From positions 32,001 through 96,000 of the IMG/VR virus record IMGVR_UViG_3300043788_000060: a DNA stretch of 64,000 bases. One strand, written 5' to 3'. The position numbers were made by a program, and so were the translations under genes. This DNA is from a virus. Below are positions 61,446-64,000 of this stretch, piece after piece. The notes beneath the pieces are model-generated. The model had not been told where the DNA came from. It saw only the letters and a list, made by a program, of their open reading frames with translations, and searched no databases. Numbering within the stretch: the stretch's first letter is position 1; each line of letters begins with the position of its first letter.

Positions 61446-61879
61446 ATTTTTACTCCTTGGTGCTTTTCCAGATAATCAGCAGCAGACCGCAGAATTTTGG
61501 GGTCATCCTGAAATTTTTGAAGACCCGCGTTGTGTGTATAGCACAAAAGGCCCCGGACACTGGCTCGTTTGAGCCTGCTCTTCACTTCTTTCAATGCCGC
61601 TGACTTCGTCCGTTCAGTAGCGTAGAACTCCGTTCCGTTATATACAGCTACCGCTTGCCAGCAATCCGGATAGTTGGTCGATTCAATCTTAACTTTCTTC
61701 CAGCCATGGTCGTGATCCACGTGCAATCTCTTTGCTCCGGGAGGCCGGTGACAGATGTAACACCCCCCTCGTCCCTCGCGCAACAAAACTTCGTATTCAG
61801 CCAGTGTGATGCCGTATTTGTTCCTGAGCCTCCGGTCGGTTTCTCTATCGAGTTGTTCCTGTGTCTTGGGTGTGGTCAT
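61442..61879 (-). CDS. endonuclease VII-like protein
   Basis: YGITLAEY, CYIC, LHVDHDH, VRGLLC..HN.GL. Confidence 0.88.
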   Translation of the reverse strand: MTTPKTQEQLDRETDRRLRNKYGITLAEYEVLLREGRGGCYICHRPPGAKRLHVDHDHGWKKVKIESTNYPDCWQAVAVYNGTEFYATERTKSAALKEVKSRLKRASVRGLLCYTHNAGLQKFQDDPKILRSAADYLEKHQGVKI

Positions 61880-62040
61880 AAAGAACCTTTACTGCATTTC
61901 CAAACCGCTGGACTCGGCGTACTCCAGACCTGCACGGTCTTTTTCCCGCACCCCGGACACTCAGGCGGTTCGTCCATTTTTCGGACTAACCGGTCGAACT
62001 TGGTGTTGCAGTGGGCACATGAATACGAATAGACGGGCAT
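61876..62040 (-). CDS. FmdB-family zinc ribbon protein
   Basis: MPVYSYSCAHCNTKFDRL...CPGCG; 54 aa, not in the ORF track. Confidence 0.8.
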   Translation of the reverse strand: MPVYSYSCAHCNTKFDRLVRKMDEPPECPGCGKKTVQVWSTPSPAVWKCSKGSL

Positions 62041-62042
62041 GG

Positions 62043-62264
62043 TTACTCGTTGATGAAAATCGTCCGGATTTCCGGGTCTTGACTGTCGTAATGATCGCCT
62101 TGGATATCGATGAAGTCGTCAATTTTTAGTTCTTGAGCCTTGGACACAGCCTCCTCCCAAGAGGACGCAGAGATATCTATTCCAATGTCGGCTCGGATTC
62201 GCCCAGTTACATTATAAGACTTTGTGCCTGTCGTTGCTTTCTTCGTCGCCATGTTTCTCCTCAT
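62043..62264 (-). CDS. hypothetical protein
   Basis: ISASSWEEAV motif; contiguous with neighbours. Confidence 0.6.
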   Translation of the reverse strand: MRRNMATKKATTGTKSYNVTGRIRADIGIDISASSWEEAVSKAQELKIDDFIDIQGDHYDSQDPEIRTIFINE

Positions 62265-62626
62265 TTGCAGAAAATCATTTGTCCGATTTCCGCAGTTCTT
62301 GTGAATGGTTTAAGCAAGTCCGGGGTCAGCTTGTCTTTCGATACAAACCATAGTGCCCCGTCAGTTTTGTCCGGCACTCTACCATCGAGCACCGATTCGA
62401 TTTTTGAAATCAAGTTCTGAAATTGCGGGTCCCGGATATCAGGAAAATCGCCGTCTGGATTTTCATCAATGTAAGAGGCGGCTACTCGGTAGATATCTTG
62501 TTGTATAGCCCGAGCCCTGTTCATGAACGTCTGGCAGACCGCCAGCATCACCGAATGAAGTTCGGTTCTGGCCGCCCTCCAGCAGGCCAAAGCGATGATC
62601 GAAGTGGTAAAGTCGTTAGGCGTCAT
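62261..62626 (-). CDS. SleB/Hydrolase_2-like cell wall hydrolase, catalytic Glu apparently lost
   Basis: LACWRAARTE..MLAV...MNR..DKTDGALWF..IGQMIF. Confidence 0.68.
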   Translation of the reverse strand: MTPNDFTTSIIALACWRAARTELHSVMLAVCQTFMNRARAIQQDIYRVAASYIDENPDGDFPDIRDPQFQNLISKIESVLDGRVPDKTDGALWFVSKDKLTPDLLKPFTRTAEIGQMIFCK

Positions 62627-63017
62627 GCGGCTCGCCCCCCGGGTCGTCAGAACTATACCCGTCCGGTTGGGGAATTGGATCGTTCTCCGATCTCATTTGC
62701 ATCGGTTGATCCAATTTATGTGCCAGCCACGGAGGTAATGTAGATTTTTCCTCGGCATCTTTGGGAAATTCGATTACCTTCTTCTGTACTGCTTCGTATC
62801 CGGGCGGTAGGAAGTATTGAGCGGCGTGCAACTGGCAGCAGAAGGCCATCTGGTTCCCGTTGATGTTGAGCAGTACCAAGTATTTTGATTCATCTGGGGC
62901 CTGCTGCCTGCCCGCCTCGACTTCGGTCATGTTCCACGAAACAACTGCCGGAACCCCTTGTGGGGTCTTACATCCGGAGTAATCGCAAGTAACCATTACT
63001 GATTTCGAAACGCCCAT
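62616..63017 (-). CDS. Zn-binding hypothetical protein
   Basis: TCDYSGC...FCCQLH. Confidence 0.65.
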   Translation of the reverse strand: MGVSKSVMVTCDYSGCKTPQGVPAVVSWNMTEVEAGRQQAPDESKYLVLLNINGNQMAFCCQLHAAQYFLPPGYEAVQKKVIEFPKDAEEKSTLPPWLAHKLDQPMQMRSENDPIPQPDGYSSDDPGGEPHDA

Positions 63018-63518
63018 TTACACCTCAAACTTTTGACGCAATTTCATTATACCACACTTTTGTCTCCAGCGCACAGCATCAACCGAAATTCCTAATTTTT
63101 CTGCGGTTTTTGCTTGGGTGAGACCTTCGATGAATAAGCTCCGGATCACGGATTGTTCCTCCCCGGGCAACGAATCGATAGCCTGATATAATTCCGATTC
63201 CGAAACTTCGCCTTCGATTTCTGCTGCGATTCTTTCTAGATGCCGGGCCATCGACGGATCATCTGCTGACACCAGTTTGGGGGGTTTGCTGTACCCTGTC
63301 CACGGTCTCAGAATATTTCGAACCTGCTTTTGACAAATCTCCAGTGCTATGTCTTCGTGGTCGGGCCCAGTAAGTTTGTCCTGATTCTCAAGTAACGCCA
63401 CATAACAATCTTGAGTCAGGTCTTCTTTCTGAGTTTTGTTGAGCCTGATTTTGCCCAGCCCTATTCTCGATGTGAGAGCGATTTTGATTACCGGTGCGTA
63501 TTGAGTAACGTCTGCCAT
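63018..63518 (-). CDS. sigma70-family (ECF-like) sigma factor
   Basis: Region 2-like EDLTQDCYVALL; region 4 AIDSLPGEEQSVI..EGLTQAKTAEKLGIS. Confidence 0.8.
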   Translation of the reverse strand: MADVTQYAPVIKIALTSRIGLGKIRLNKTQKEDLTQDCYVALLENQDKLTGPDHEDIALEICQKQVRNILRPWTGYSKPPKLVSADDPSMARHLERIAAEIEGEVSESELYQAIDSLPGEEQSVIRSLFIEGLTQAKTAEKLGISVDAVRWRQKCGIMKLRQKFEV

Positions 63519-63526
63519 TTTGTCCT

Positions 63527-63901
63527 TTAGGACTTGATTTTTGCTGTGTGCCAACGCCGATTCCCATGAGCAGAATCCGGACTTCCTGTGTGGCATTGGT
63601 GGCACAACGCCTCACAATTTTTCATCGAAACTTCGCCTCCACTGCCTTTGGGAATTGTTTCGTGCATCTCGAACGTTTCCCACCGAATATTTCTACCGCA
63701 TCTCTCGCATTCACTGGTTTCTCCGCCTGCGGGGGAATCTCCGGTTGCCCTAGCGAAAACCTGAGCCCGGATTGCCCCTACCGCGTGTGCTCTGTCCATT
63801 ATTCGGACTTCGTCTACGGGCAGGTCTCGCCAACTGCGGTCTCGGAAAATCCGGATTGGCAGGCCATTCAATCCGATTTGGACGTGGACTTGCTTAGACA
63901 T
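63527..63901 (-). CDS. HNH endonuclease domain protein
   Basis: CERCG..EMHE.IPKGSGG...NCEALCHQCH. Confidence 0.78.
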   Translation of the reverse strand: MSKQVHVQIGLNGLPIRIFRDRSWRDLPVDEVRIMDRAHAVGAIRAQVFARATGDSPAGGETSECERCGRNIRWETFEMHETIPKGSGGEVSMKNCEALCHQCHTGSPDSAHGNRRWHTAKIKS

Positions 63902-64000
63902 TAGAGAGAAACCACCCTAGATAGCATAATAAGGGATTCCAAAGCCGAGTTATGATGAATGAATACTCCTCCCATTTCTTCCCACAGATGTTTATACTTA

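Larger units (their letters stand above)
1415..63808. repeat. dispersed 15-bp quasi-palindrome GTCCGAATAATGGAC, about 25 copies
   Basis: Exact on +: 1415, 11858, 13230, 16526, 18961, 22715, 25025, 49316, 53531. Exact on -: 40328, 56931, 60440, 63794. One mismatch: 2811, 4422, 5526, 6833, 23155, 44736, 50390, 57659 (+) and 56147, 61972 (-). Two or three mismatches: 21011, 58011, 15638. Confidence 0.97.

Noticed and set aside
1415-63808. 15-bp repeat as a CRISPR array
   Set aside because: Copies are dispersed hundreds to thousands of bases apart on both strands, without regular spacers or cas genes
1-64000. Prophage boundary, integrase or host genes
   Set aside because: All recognisable genes are phage-like; no integrase or att duplication seen, so lifestyle cannot be determined from this window

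Overview
A 64-kb segment of a large tailed dsDNA phage with podovirus-like architecture: no tape measure or sheath is visible, and it has adaptors, a nozzle-like protein and ejection proteins. The host may be an Acidobacterium, inferred only from the style of the secreted proteins. From left to right: a dense tRNA array (about 17 tRNAs with many non-canonical features) mixed with unexplained structured RNAs; small virion and membrane genes; TerL, portal and scaffold; an N4-gp56-type major capsid gene split by three group I introns (the first carries a LAGLIDADG endonuclease); a GIY-YIG gene; a ~800-nt highly structured ncRNA with its own promoter; accessory genes; five consecutive Cys-rich fiber-like genes that all begin with Sec-type signal peptides; tail and ejection genes including a 2322-aa polyvalent protein; a bidirectional terminator; and a minus-strand block of nucleotide-metabolism, nuclease and sigma-factor genes. 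Top observations: (1) a 15-bp quasi-palindrome GTCCGAATAATGGAC dispersed in about 25 copies, mostly co-oriented with transcription, at gene junctions, inside CDSs and inside the introns; (2) the signal-peptide-bearing fiber module and its signal-less twin docking domain; (3) the large ornate ncRNA; (4) the triple-intron capsid gene. All calls come from reading the sequence by eye; no searches were run.
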